This document shows positions 47,701 to 56,001 of a stretch of 64,000 nucleotides of DNA, piece after piece. Numbering within the stretch: position 1 is the stretch's first letter; each line of letters starts with the position of its first letter. A model generated the notes under the pieces. It was not told where the DNA came from. It worked only from the letters and a program-made list of their open reading frames with translations, and did no database searches. The stretch comes from a virus, in IMG/VR virus record IMGVR_UViG_3300031972_002446, positions 64,001-128,000 of that record. The stretch is one strand, 5' to 3'. The translations under genes and the position numbers were made by a program.

Positions 47701-50700
47701 AAAAATTTAATAAAACATTATCGTTAAGTAGTCTTAATGCACCATTCATGAATTCTGTATCAGGATTAACCGGAGGTACCACAGATCCTGAAAAAATTGG
47801 TAGAGAGTTAGCTTCTGCTATCGAAAGACAAAGACAAATTGAAGCTGATCCTAATTCCCAAACGACTGCTTTAGGCTCTGGTGAAGTTGCTAAATTAACT
47901 TCTAAAATTAATAAATATCAAAAAGCTTTAGATATATTAGCAACTAGTACAGATAGAGCATCTAATGCATTGAAAAAGATTGATGAGCAACAAAGAATTT
48001 CTTCTGGACGAAGAAGTGGTGTTATGAGTTTTCTTTCTAACATAAATAACCCAGAAGCTTTGTTAGGTATGAGGCAAGAACAACAGTCTTATTCTAATGT
48101 TATGGCAGGTACAGGAACTATTACAGATATTGCTAGAGGTACTAATAGTCTTAATATGATGGAGTCAACTCAAACTCCTGAGCAGTTCCAGAAAACGCAA
48201 CAAAAATTCTTTGAAAATGCTATGCGTATTTTAGAGGCTAATGGTGCTAATCCCGCTGTCTTTAAACAATTTAGAGAATCATTCGCTGGTGATTTCGCCG
48301 CTCCTGATGCAAATCCTGCTGTTAAACCATTTATTGATGCGTATCAAGAAGCTGCTAGAATACAAACAGAAGCTGTTAAGCAACAATCTAATTTATTAAA
48401 TAGTGGAGCAGTAATAGCAGCGGATACTTTAAAGAAAAGCGCAGACGCTTTCGCTACTAAAATGAAAGAAGCCACTGCAGAAATTGTTAAAGAGTTTAAC
48501 GCAGTTGCTGATAGACTAGGTTTAGGCAAACCTAAGGACTCTAATAAAATGTCTAGTGGAGGTGTGGTATATGCTTCTGCTGGTCAATTTGTTAATTTTA
48601 CGCCTAAAGGCACCGATACTGTTCCTGCTATGTTAACGCCTGGTGAGTTTGTTGTTAATCGATCAGCAACTTCTAAGAATTTACCTTTATTAAAATCTAT
48701 TAATAGTGGTGGCTATAGTAGTGGTGGTAGTGTTGGTTATTATGCTGATGGTGGACAAATCGGACCAGGTTTAAAAACTGTTAATCGTAATTTTAATCTT
48801 TTATCTCCTTATCCAGAAAAAAGTTTAGACAATTTCCAAGAATATAAAGATCATGTACCATATGGGTATATGGATAGGTATTTTGGAAATAAAGATAGTG
48901 CTGTTTCTGAACGAGAGCTTAAATCAATGAATCAAGCTATTCAGAAACATCAAAAACAATACTTTACCACAACTAAGGTTAATCGCTATAAAAGCTTAAG
49001 ATCATTAGTGCCTGAATGGGAGAAAAACGAGAAAAACCAAGACAAACAAGCTAGTTTTTGGGATTGGATTACAGGGTCTAGTCCTGATAGAGGCATGAAA
49101 TTTAATTCTGGTAATTTTAAAAGTGTTAAAGATGCTAAAATTTTTGCTGGAACAATGGAAGCTGCTCATGGTATTCCTTTAGGGCGGGGTGTTGGTACTG
49201 GGGATATAGGAAGTTCTACATATAGTGGTAGATTTTATGGTGGCGATTCTTCATTTCCTATGGATAGTGCTACAAGTCAAGGATTTGGAGAGCTTTTACA
49301 ACAAAGAATTATACAATCTCGTTCTACAGATTGGGAAGCGTTTTTCTATGGTTTAGCTTCAAAGGCATTGCCTACTATTGGAGGTATTATTGGCGGTGGT
49401 ATTGGTGCTGTTTTAGGTGGTACGGCTGCGGTAGCTTCAGGAGGTCTGGGTGCGTGGGGTGTTCCCATCTTTACTGTAGCAGGTGCTATGGGTGGTAATA
49501 TGGCTGGTCATGCGGTTAATAGTTTTGCATACAGTATGTTACCTGATTCATGGCAAAAGCGTATTGAGCAAAAGGTTAATGACAATCCTGGTTCGTATAA
49601 TGCCGGACAATGGTTAGGCTTCGGAGCTGATGTGGTAGCAGGTGGTATGGGCGCCAATGCTGTTGCGAAAGGTATTAGCAGATCTATACCTCCAAGAGCA
49701 ATAGTTCAACAATTTGTCAGACAGGGTGGTACTACAGGAGTTAATGCGGCTCGCCCGACTGTAGAAGATGCTATTGATATGGCTACAAAATCTGCTGGAA
49801 CTAAAGCTGCTAATAATTCTAGAAATATTGGTAATAAAATACCAGTTACAGGTCAGCCAAATGCTACATTAAATATTGGTTCTGTAGATGATATATTGAG
49901 TTTACCACCAGGAATAAAACCATCTGGAGGAGCTAGACCTACTGGGTTACCTGGAGGAGGAGCTAGACCTACTGGGTTACCTGGACCTACTGGGGCATCT
50001 GGTGCTACTGGTGGTGCAGCATCTGCTACTGCTAGAGCTGGTGCAATTCAAATGAAAAAATTAGCTATGGCTCTAGAAGAAACTTTGTATGCAGGTAAAC
50101 CGCAACAATTAGTAGATGATATTATGTCTCCTAATGGTAAAGGTATATATGAGGTATTAGGTAGAGACCCTCAAATTCAAAGTGCTACTTTTAGAAAATT
50201 ACAAAAACTTCTACATCCAGATATGATGAGACATTCTAAAATGTTTGATGGTATGGGTTTAGATGATGCTGCAATAAAACTTTTCCAAAAACGATTGAGC
50301 TCAATGAAAACTGTTTTAGATAATAGTCTCATGCGAGCAGATTATGATCAGCTTTTAGGGAGAGGTCATTATGCTGACGATCTTTTAGATAATTTATCGC
50401 GTAATGGATTTAATGTTAGACAACTGTTGCAGCCAGGGTCGAGAGCTGCCGCAGCAACACCTAAACCTAAACCAGGTAGCCAAGCGCCGCCAAAACCAAA
50501 GGCTGAATCACCAAAACCTAAACCAGATCAACCTAAACCGGGTCAGCCTAAACCTAAACCAGATCAACCTAAGCCAGGGCAATCTTCTAAACCTAAGCCA
50601 GGACAATCGTCTAAACCTAAGCCAGGACAATCGTCTAAACCTAAGCCAGGACAATCGTCTAAACCTAAGCCGGGTGAAACACCTAAGCCGAGTCAACCTA

Positions 50701-53700
50701 AACCACCTACTGGTAGCGGGTCAAGGACTTGGTCACAATTTCTGGACGATTGGATGGGTGGTAGCGTTGGTCGGGGTTACTATACCGGTTCAGGTATTGG
50801 TGAAATGCTTAGTGGCATGCTCGGTTTTGGTTTAACACCTGATCCGTCTAAAAGATCATCATCACAAAGCGAATCACCTAAGCCTTTACCTGGTGGTTAT
50901 CCAGATAAATCTTCTAAAGCTAAAGATCAAGCAGCTAAAGACGCTATTGAGCAAATGACAGAAAAAACCAAAAGAACATTTGGAACAACAGATAGGGGTA
51001 TTATGGACCAAGTTCAATTTGGAACAGACGGTCAATACAAGTTCGGCCAGGTTCAAAATGCTGCAGCCTCTTTAAAGCTAAAAGATCCACTTAAAAGAGT
51101 TAATTTCTTATATAGAAATATTAGTATTCCTGAATTTGAACTAGGTATGGGTGGTCAGGGTTCTACAGGCGTAGCTGAGGGTCAGTTATTGACACAAAAA
51201 CAGCGTAAAGATGCCGAAGAAGAATATTTATTCATTAATAAAAAAGTCTCAGATATGTATAGTAACCCTTCTGCTCATGGGAATACCTTACAAGCTTACC
51301 TCCAAAGAAGAGGTCAGCTTAAGACTATGCTAGATAGTGATTTTAGAGCTCAATATAATCTTGGTGTTCCTACAGGAGATAAGCCTACATTTAATCTGAA
51401 ACCTCCTGTAAAACCCAATACAGAACCGCCTACAGAGAAAGAAAAAAGAATGCTTAGAGATGGTGTTATAGATGATAATGCCACTCTTCAAGGGCTATTA
51501 GCACAGCAAGATACTGGAACAGCAAATAGAAAAAACTCAACTGTTATGGCTGGTTTTACACAAAGATTTTCAGATCTTGAAGAGACTAAAAATACAGAAG
51601 GCGCTAGCTTTGCTCTCTTAAAGAAATTTAATTCTGTCAAATTAGATTATATTAAAGCTTTTGGTCAAGTTAAAGGAGTTAGTGATAAAGCTATAGACCC
51701 AGGTTTATTAAGCGTTGCTTCTACTCAAGAACAGGTAGATGCTGAAGTAAAAGCTTTAAAAACAGATATATCTTCTAAGACTAATAATAAAGATTGGATG
51801 GCTGGAAACTCACAAGCTCAAGCTACAGATAAGCAAAAGATTAAAACAAAAGCAGATATAGCAAAAATGGTTGCAAAATATTCTGAACAATCTGGAGTTA
51901 CAGATCCTAAAAAACTTAAAGATTGGTTACAGAAACAATCAGGAATTCGTCAAGAGCTTAAAGGTAGACATTCTTTATGGGATAATTATTATACAAAAGA
52001 AAAGGAATTTAAAGACAAAGAATTAGAACATTTATTCCAAACAGAACGATGGGGATATAGAGATGAGTTAAAGAAAAACCCTGAAGGAAGAATGTATGGT
52101 GATGGTAGTATGGGTATGAATAGTTTAGAGTATTTACTATTTAATCATCCTGCTAAAGTTGCTCATAATTTTATTAATCCTTTTAATCAAAACAAAAGTA
52201 CGGATGAATTATTATACGGGGCTCCTCTAGGCACTGTTAAACCAGAAACACATGCTACCAGAACTCAAAATGCTATTAGAAAATATCTCAAATCTTTTGG
52301 TAAATCTTTAGGCATACAAGCTCCTATCGATGAAAACACCAATGTCGATGAATGGTTTAAGAATTTAGATCCTAATTTAATGACAGACTTAAATGCTGAA
52401 GGAAATCTAAACCAATTAATGAAGGTAGGCAATGAAAGTCAAGGCGCTACCATGTTAGATATTCTCAAAAATATGTATCAGCCAGGTAGTCAAGAAGTCA
52501 CAGACAATGTTGCTGCTCGTTTTGGTCTTTGGTCTGTGGTTGGTGCTGATGATGCTAGAAACAAAGATTTTGGTAAAGAATATCAATCAGAATTCTTAAG
52601 AAGACTATACAAATATGTGGAGAGTACATCTACACAGAAAAGTAAAGAGTCTTTCCAAATGACTGAAAGTGTTGATACATATCTTAAGATGATCGATGCT
52701 TTAGCTGCTTATACGGGTCAAATGGATCCTGCTATTTATGGTAAAGCTTCTGATAATTTCGGACCTTTAGTAATTCCAAAACAATTAAAAGGTAAAACCG
52801 AAAAAGAACAAATGAAAAATCTTTCTAGAGTTATTGGGAGAGATTTTTATAAATATACAAGATCAACATTTGATTATGAATTTGGTGGCATCACGAGTGC
52901 TGAAGATTATGGTAAGGTTGGAGATCGCTTAGGTATTCAGGGTTACAGTCCAGAAGATCTTAGAAGAACAGTTTTTGCTGATAGAAATACTTTAAGACGT
53001 ATATATGAGCGTAAAGCTTATAGCGTTGGTGGAGGTTTAACAACTGCTGATACTTTAGTTAATACTGGTATGGCCACATTATTTAATGCTAATAAAGACA
53101 AAACCGTTGATTCTGGGGATTTAGCTAATTTTTATGATTTAGATGGTAATGTCTTGAGCGAAGGCACTACTATAATGGGTTTGATATCTAAAGCTTTAGA
53201 TTTTGGAAAAAGAATGCCTGTTGCCAATAGACAGGGTATGATTGATTATGCTAAAGACTTCGATTTCAAGGGAAACCTAGCAGACGATAGTTACGCTAAA
53301 TATGAGGAAAATCTTGATAATAATTTACACGCTTTAAAATCCACATATAAACTTTGGGATTCGCTTGTTTATTACAGTAAGCCTAACCCTGGAACAACCA
53401 AAGCAGAGACTGTTGATTTAAACGCAGCAGGACCTGTTCTACAATCAGCTACGGCGGGAGGTTCTATAAACATTGCTGGTACTCAGATTCCTTCAGTAGA
53501 TTTCTTAAGTAAGTATCAAAACGCATTGGAAACTACTGGCGCTAAGGCTTATGGTCAAATTGTAGAAGCTGGTAGTATTTTCAATGATCATGTAGGAGGT
53601 AGTAGCAACTTTACATTAGCTGGTGCTCCAAATCCGTTTGATAATCCAGAATTTATTGCTTTAAAGAAATTCAAACAATTACAAGAAGTTGGTACTGTTA

Positions 53701-54335
53701 ATGCTGCTACCGGTGGTCATATTTCTGGAGGTATGGGTGCAGGCAAAGCGTCTCTAGTAAACTACAAACCTGTAGGAACCGATACTGTACCAGCCATGCT
53801 CACCCCAGGTGAATACGTTATCAATAGAAGTGCAACGCAACAGCACTTACCTTTATTAAAAGCTATTAATAATGGTGGACTATCTTATGCTAGTAATGGA
53901 GGAATGATTCAACCTCAGTATAAAAACATTGGAGGTTTAGCATCGTCTGCTCTTAGTTATATGGGTGGTGGAGGTTTGGATATGGGGAATGCTTCCAGAG
54001 TATTTGACGGCTTCGTGTCAAGTTTTAGTAAAGAAATTGCATCTTTTGGTGGTTTAATTAATAATTTAGCCAAAGTATTCCCAGCACTATCCGGTCCTGT
54101 TAATAATTTTGGTAATCATGTAGATAAGTTAGCTAAATCCTTAAATGATCTGCAAAATATTGAGATTAAAGGACCGAACATCCCAGAAACCATTAGGTTG
54201 AATAGTGATGCTATTAGGGTTGAGATAGACTATGTTCCTGGATCTAATAAGCTCTCACCAGATGCTGAGGATAAATTAGCAAGCCAGGTAGCAGCTAAAC
54301 TTAAGACATTAGTTGATTTGGGTAGAATAAGTTGA
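41718..54335 (+). CDS. giant tail tape measure protein (4205 aa) with accessory domains
   Basis: N-terminal TP901-type TMP core (LSQAG, E.IATGLRTIF.RI), Ala/Gly helical regions, hydrophobic Gly zippers, repeated GG..DTVPAMLTPGE(Y/F)V motifs. Confidence 0.9.
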   Translation: MAAAFNLTAQINLRGPSNTKVIASQIRKQLSNIKVKVNLDLKGSAAKNVTKVNKQLQLLQQNAAKANASVASLSATVSQLGAGLNNLGGSGGVQSLNKVQKQVQSTGSAISSATTQVQEFGKQSGLAIRRFAAFSAVTGVVYSLTNAINSAFKEFVAFDKQIVRLSQVTGTTVSGLSGITKEISNLSSNLGVASSDLAQVSVTLSQAGLSAQETKIALEALAKSALAPSFDNLNNTVEGSIALMRQFSISSGELEAALGSVNAVAASFAVEAGDIIAAIQRTGGVFASSSRGISEGTAALNEFVALFTSVRATTRESAETIATGLRTIFTRIQRGSTIESLKEFGITLTDLQGKFVGPFEAVKRLSEGLKGLDPRDLRFGQIVEELGGFRQIGKVIPLIQQFATAQKALGVAQSGQGSLSKAAIQAQASLAVQFEKTRQSFVSLVRDIGNSTTFRGIAKVALTTANAFITLASALKPLLPMITALAAFKGVSALSEFGGGFLGGFGGKGGGGGGGGGPSGPMGPIGPSSGGSVSGRGSGRRNKGSASNNKALAKNSAALNANTTALGSVNTSMASLLQSIDALSEAINNKQSGVNTQGFASGGLVPGSGNRDTVSAMLTPGEYVIRKKAVEKIGADNLKKLNRGGRVQRFTGGGGAEALTVDDIKIFESGQNAGGIPKGQLKNMPSSLAQSVIDRYKGKGKLNQETFKALKEKVALKAAQDKAVPYALVGLRGTAKEVFAEADDGTMVKLIGRTLGETDDNKPYEDTMFKDFKDTVAKVANQMATKVQAQPVSPGDLNKDAMEKAGFFNAVGAYLEAAVASIGAPYDKDQSNDPLDFAQGLGSASGLFGLPSDMPADTTRTVFSSGKSPADFLKQVNNYRAKLAGGGSVSDTVPALLTPGEYVINEKSAKKLGSQKLDQLNRADRIQGYASGGPVGFVQRLASGGSPRADKMEYLERVAKKLGMTVSQYEKSIRSRILQGAETRATEKTGMQGDLKDVIVKNIQSIGDADVEGMVRTEVSDLVKKIYTGYDEIDPDLLNQGIDELVQGMKAGLSLDEIKNMSDGFKEILDAQITAGDELSGVTEEMAKKLGFLTSRMKVRDIDMKASGSQKAGKFGALDDDLRKAQKSIESGVGSILDGFSEAVSLQNLPGMKKLSSAYPELTKKITTAGDKLGGTFGLIGTGATLLSSKMPELGHAFDELAGTVSDQSAAFAGFTGALQKGGSLGMSAGIVGGQAFGRRGAAVGGAAGLAAGAVTGFIDASIVKETELAFKGIAAASAELDKTFNRLDTAVTVEERAALQEQAAEDYNKLNAAIQRATDTIDGNRLWKSFSAGISGMTTAMISLIGVINAVKLAQVASALLPGKVSGGIVKGYASGGFAKGGQSSGMGVPVRLASGEAVFTPPLPGTLSEMKQLNQIDRGGSSSLSRKGQTGGSFIVPGNSSGKVDNQSAILPENSFVLRRDATDTLKAMRGGPISAATGGLIGSGSVGFGGSGGIRGYSVGGNIQGYFGGGRVASALLAKLVANLGRLGPAITAGFGRMSPALKAITGQLATMVGISALAGLFSGFFSFFMGSAERDRAILQQQLQQLENLNTLVGNQQSMDVRNEAFADRLIPAVDAIENSGLSMDQKEMQFGRFRTPGGRMNDANLLGEMTARQAIGADADLEAVGQNQSVQEYLDSLDPTQRQKANAAIDKAQGELLRSTFIEKRKREGMDEVEASRAYDSDPQAAKAEAQEALGEKSRAEGLAKRMQIINRSINKFTLNLVDVMNRLGSVMNRTIGDLNANIDKMSQVSDIYSGGQAGSLNPNEDNVRILSNITAASNAELAQAVGQINKDLGDTKETQTMAGLIKGIQVLQKELPLILRQTGTGGDLDAGSETSIRGRLDTMFQGLDIGENLKRDLKSNVINFINDKTGSRQGDSFEDLANYIDGLKELDEAAEQARATFEKYAKEQADFNRKLGGLSNQLSAQLSKLADNAIRVKDIQLNSALQLSEKFNKTLSLSSLNAPFMNSVSGLTGGTTDPEKIGRELASAIERQRQIEADPNSQTTALGSGEVAKLTSKINKYQKALDILATSTDRASNALKKIDEQQRISSGRRSGVMSFLSNINNPEALLGMRQEQQSYSNVMAGTGTITDIARGTNSLNMMESTQTPEQFQKTQQKFFENAMRILEANGANPAVFKQFRESFAGDFAAPDANPAVKPFIDAYQEAARIQTEAVKQQSNLLNSGAVIAADTLKKSADAFATKMKEATAEIVKEFNAVADRLGLGKPKDSNKMSSGGVVYASAGQFVNFTPKGTDTVPAMLTPGEFVVNRSATSKNLPLLKSINSGGYSSGGSVGYYADGGQIGPGLKTVNRNFNLLSPYPEKSLDNFQEYKDHVPYGYMDRYFGNKDSAVSERELKSMNQAIQKHQKQYFTTTKVNRYKSLRSLVPEWEKNEKNQDKQASFWDWITGSSPDRGMKFNSGNFKSVKDAKIFAGTMEAAHGIPLGRGVGTGDIGSSTYSGRFYGGDSSFPMDSATSQGFGELLQQRIIQSRSTDWEAFFYGLASKALPTIGGIIGGGIGAVLGGTAAVASGGLGAWGVPIFTVAGAMGGNMAGHAVNSFAYSMLPDSWQKRIEQKVNDNPGSYNAGQWLGFGADVVAGGMGANAVAKGISRSIPPRAIVQQFVRQGGTTGVNAARPTVEDAIDMATKSAGTKAANNSRNIGNKIPVTGQPNATLNIGSVDDILSLPPGIKPSGGARPTGLPGGGARPTGLPGPTGASGATGGAASATARAGAIQMKKLAMALEETLYAGKPQQLVDDIMSPNGKGIYEVLGRDPQIQSATFRKLQKLLHPDMMRHSKMFDGMGLDDAAIKLFQKRLSSMKTVLDNSLMRADYDQLLGRGHYADDLLDNLSRNGFNVRQLLQPGSRAAAATPKPKPGSQAPPKPKAESPKPKPDQPKPGQPKPKPDQPKPGQSSKPKPGQSSKPKPGQSSKPKPGQSSKPKPGETPKPSQPKPPTGSGSRTWSQFLDDWMGGSVGRGYYTGSGIGEMLSGMLGFGLTPDPSKRSSSQSESPKPLPGGYPDKSSKAKDQAAKDAIEQMTEKTKRTFGTTDRGIMDQVQFGTDGQYKFGQVQNAAASLKLKDPLKRVNFLYRNISIPEFELGMGGQGSTGVAEGQLLTQKQRKDAEEEYLFINKKVSDMYSNPSAHGNTLQAYLQRRGQLKTMLDSDFRAQYNLGVPTGDKPTFNLKPPVKPNTEPPTEKEKRMLRDGVIDDNATLQGLLAQQDTGTANRKNSTVMAGFTQRFSDLEETKNTEGASFALLKKFNSVKLDYIKAFGQVKGVSDKAIDPGLLSVASTQEQVDAEVKALKTDISSKTNNKDWMAGNSQAQATDKQKIKTKADIAKMVAKYSEQSGVTDPKKLKDWLQKQSGIRQELKGRHSLWDNYYTKEKEFKDKELEHLFQTERWGYRDELKKNPEGRMYGDGSMGMNSLEYLLFNHPAKVAHNFINPFNQNKSTDELLYGAPLGTVKPETHATRTQNAIRKYLKSFGKSLGIQAPIDENTNVDEWFKNLDPNLMTDLNAEGNLNQLMKVGNESQGATMLDILKNMYQPGSQEVTDNVAARFGLWSVVGADDARNKDFGKEYQSEFLRRLYKYVESTSTQKSKESFQMTESVDTYLKMIDALAAYTGQMDPAIYGKASDNFGPLVIPKQLKGKTEKEQMKNLSRVIGRDFYKYTRSTFDYEFGGITSAEDYGKVGDRLGIQGYSPEDLRRTVFADRNTLRRIYERKAYSVGGGLTTADTLVNTGMATLFNANKDKTVDSGDLANFYDLDGNVLSEGTTIMGLISKALDFGKRMPVANRQGMIDYAKDFDFKGNLADDSYAKYEENLDNNLHALKSTYKLWDSLVYYSKPNPGTTKAETVDLNAAGPVLQSATAGGSINIAGTQIPSVDFLSKYQNALETTGAKAYGQIVEAGSIFNDHVGGSSNFTLAGAPNPFDNPEFIALKKFKQLQEVGTVNAATGGHISGGMGAGKASLVNYKPVGTDTVPAMLTPGEYVINRSATQQHLPLLKAINNGGLSYASNGGMIQPQYKNIGGLASSALSYMGGGGLDMGNASRVFDGFVSSFSKEIASFGGLINNLAKVFPALSGPVNNFGNHVDKLAKSLNDLQNIEIKGPNIPETIRLNSDAIRVEIDYVPGSNKLSPDAEDKLASQVAAKLKTLVDLGRIS
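50458..50708 (+). repeat. Pro-Lys low-complexity coding repeat including 24-bp tandem units
   Basis: tctaaacctaagccaggacaatcg x3-4 encoding SKPKPGQS. Confidence 0.9.
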
Positions 54336-54388
54336 CAAAGATAAAAAATAACCATAATATATATTATATATAAAGAAAAGGATATTTA

Positions 54389-55984
54389 ATGTATAAAGTT
54401 CAAAATGAAACCACCACAGAAAATGTATCTACACAGGCTATAACTCCCGGAGGAGCTTCTGTAAGTGTTAACGGATCTAATTTATCACCTTCTCCTTTTG
54501 TTTCTATTTCTATAGACCAGTTTAGGTCTGGAGAATTAGTTTTGGGTGGAGTTATGAATGTGTCTTTGAACGGAACTGTTACAGGTGATAGCTTCTCTGA
54601 GGTTGTGAGTGCAGTTAAAAATGTTTTAGCTATAGGTAAGTCCGGGGATTGTGTAAATGTAAATATTAACTGCGGGGGAACTCAATTAGTAAATGGTTAT
54701 GGTACAATTAAAACTATTAGCGCTAATGAAGGACCTGATCCTACTTGGGTTCAAGTTGCAACATATAATATAGAAATAGAATTATATGTTAATGAATCAG
54801 ATTTAGTTGTTAGACCTAATACTAACGCCAGCTCACATGTAACTGCTAATGAAATTATTAAAGATTTGAGTGAGTCTGTTTCATTAAACTTAGATAATGA
54901 TGGTTTTGAAACAGATAATATGAATGGTAGTTATGTAGGTAAAGCTCATGCCAAATATAATTTTTCTATTAGCGCAACAGGGGCTGCTGTGGGTTGCTCT
55001 GCTGCCGGTAAATTAGTTGGTATTGAAGCAGCAGAACAGGTTTTACAAAGAAGAATTAATTCTATTAGCAATGGCAATATAAGTAGCGGTCTGGGTAATA
55101 CTCCGAATATCTCAAGTCAATTAAGCACATACCATAGTGGTCAAAAGTTTGCTCACGTTAGAAGTGTAGACGTAGACCCTGTTACCGGAACTGTTAGTGC
55201 CTCTGGAGAGGTTATAATGAGACCTTCCGGCTCTCTTTTCCCTCAAGTTTTTATAGATGTTAGTGTAGACTCTCGCAGTGATAGCACTCAGGTTGGTAGG
55301 GTGGTTGTAATTTCTGGTACTATAGAGGGTTTACATGCTCACGATTTTAGCTCTATTATTAGTAACGGAACTTTTCATGGAGCAAGCACTGATAGAGTTG
55401 GTGTTGCTATTAACGCTTACAACACTTTGAAATCATCTTTTCCTTCTATTGCCAACGCTTATCAAGAGGCAGAAATTGAAGATGCTTGTTCATTATCAGA
55501 TCTTTATAATATATGCTTTTCTCAGGTGGATCAAACAGAATGTACTATGAGAGAAGTTAATAGTAATGTTACTAGAAATTTTGGTACTGGTAGTGTTTCT
55601 TTTACTACAGAGTTCTCTACTGTTCAAAACTGTACTATAGTAGGAGCCGCTAAAGTAGAGTTGGAGTGTACTCACACATACCCCACAGATGTATTCGCAG
55701 AATTTGTGATACCGTTCAGGTCATCAGGCCCTTTAACTCAAGATTTAGGCACATCAACCAAGGAAGTAATTAGTTGCACAGGTTCTGCTCAAGTAGAAAA
55801 CCAAGGCTGTGACTCAAGAGATTTATCTAATATTTCTAGTTGTCTAGAAGGAGCAGTTGATAGTAAGGCTTACGGAGAGGGTGCTGATGCTAGTTGGTAT
55901 ATTACACAAAGAACCAAAACTTATTCGAATACCGGTGTATTAAGAATAACTAAGGAATGGACCAAGAGATACGATTGTTCTTAA
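54389..55984 (+). CDS. tail protein (distal-tail/hub-like)
   Basis: first gene after the TMP; LSPSPFVSI, beta-rich Ser/Thr/Val. Confidence 0.55.
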   Translation: MYKVQNETTTENVSTQAITPGGASVSVNGSNLSPSPFVSISIDQFRSGELVLGGVMNVSLNGTVTGDSFSEVVSAVKNVLAIGKSGDCVNVNINCGGTQLVNGYGTIKTISANEGPDPTWVQVATYNIEIELYVNESDLVVRPNTNASSHVTANEIIKDLSESVSLNLDNDGFETDNMNGSYVGKAHAKYNFSISATGAAVGCSAAGKLVGIEAAEQVLQRRINSISNGNISSGLGNTPNISSQLSTYHSGQKFAHVRSVDVDPVTGTVSASGEVIMRPSGSLFPQVFIDVSVDSRSDSTQVGRVVVISGTIEGLHAHDFSSIISNGTFHGASTDRVGVAINAYNTLKSSFPSIANAYQEAEIEDACSLSDLYNICFSQVDQTECTMREVNSNVTRNFGTGSVSFTTEFSTVQNCTIVGAAKVELECTHTYPTDVFAEFVIPFRSSGPLTQDLGTSTKEVISCTGSAQVENQGCDSRDLSNISSCLEGAVDSKAYGEGADASWYITQRTKTYSNTGVLRITKEWTKRYDCS

Positions 55985-56001
55985 AGGAATTTAAATAGGA
56001 T

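Noticed and set aside
50404-50835. Alternative-frame 143-aa ORF with LNLSQDNR repeats
   Set aside because: A by-product of the 24-bp tandem repeat lacking stops in that frame
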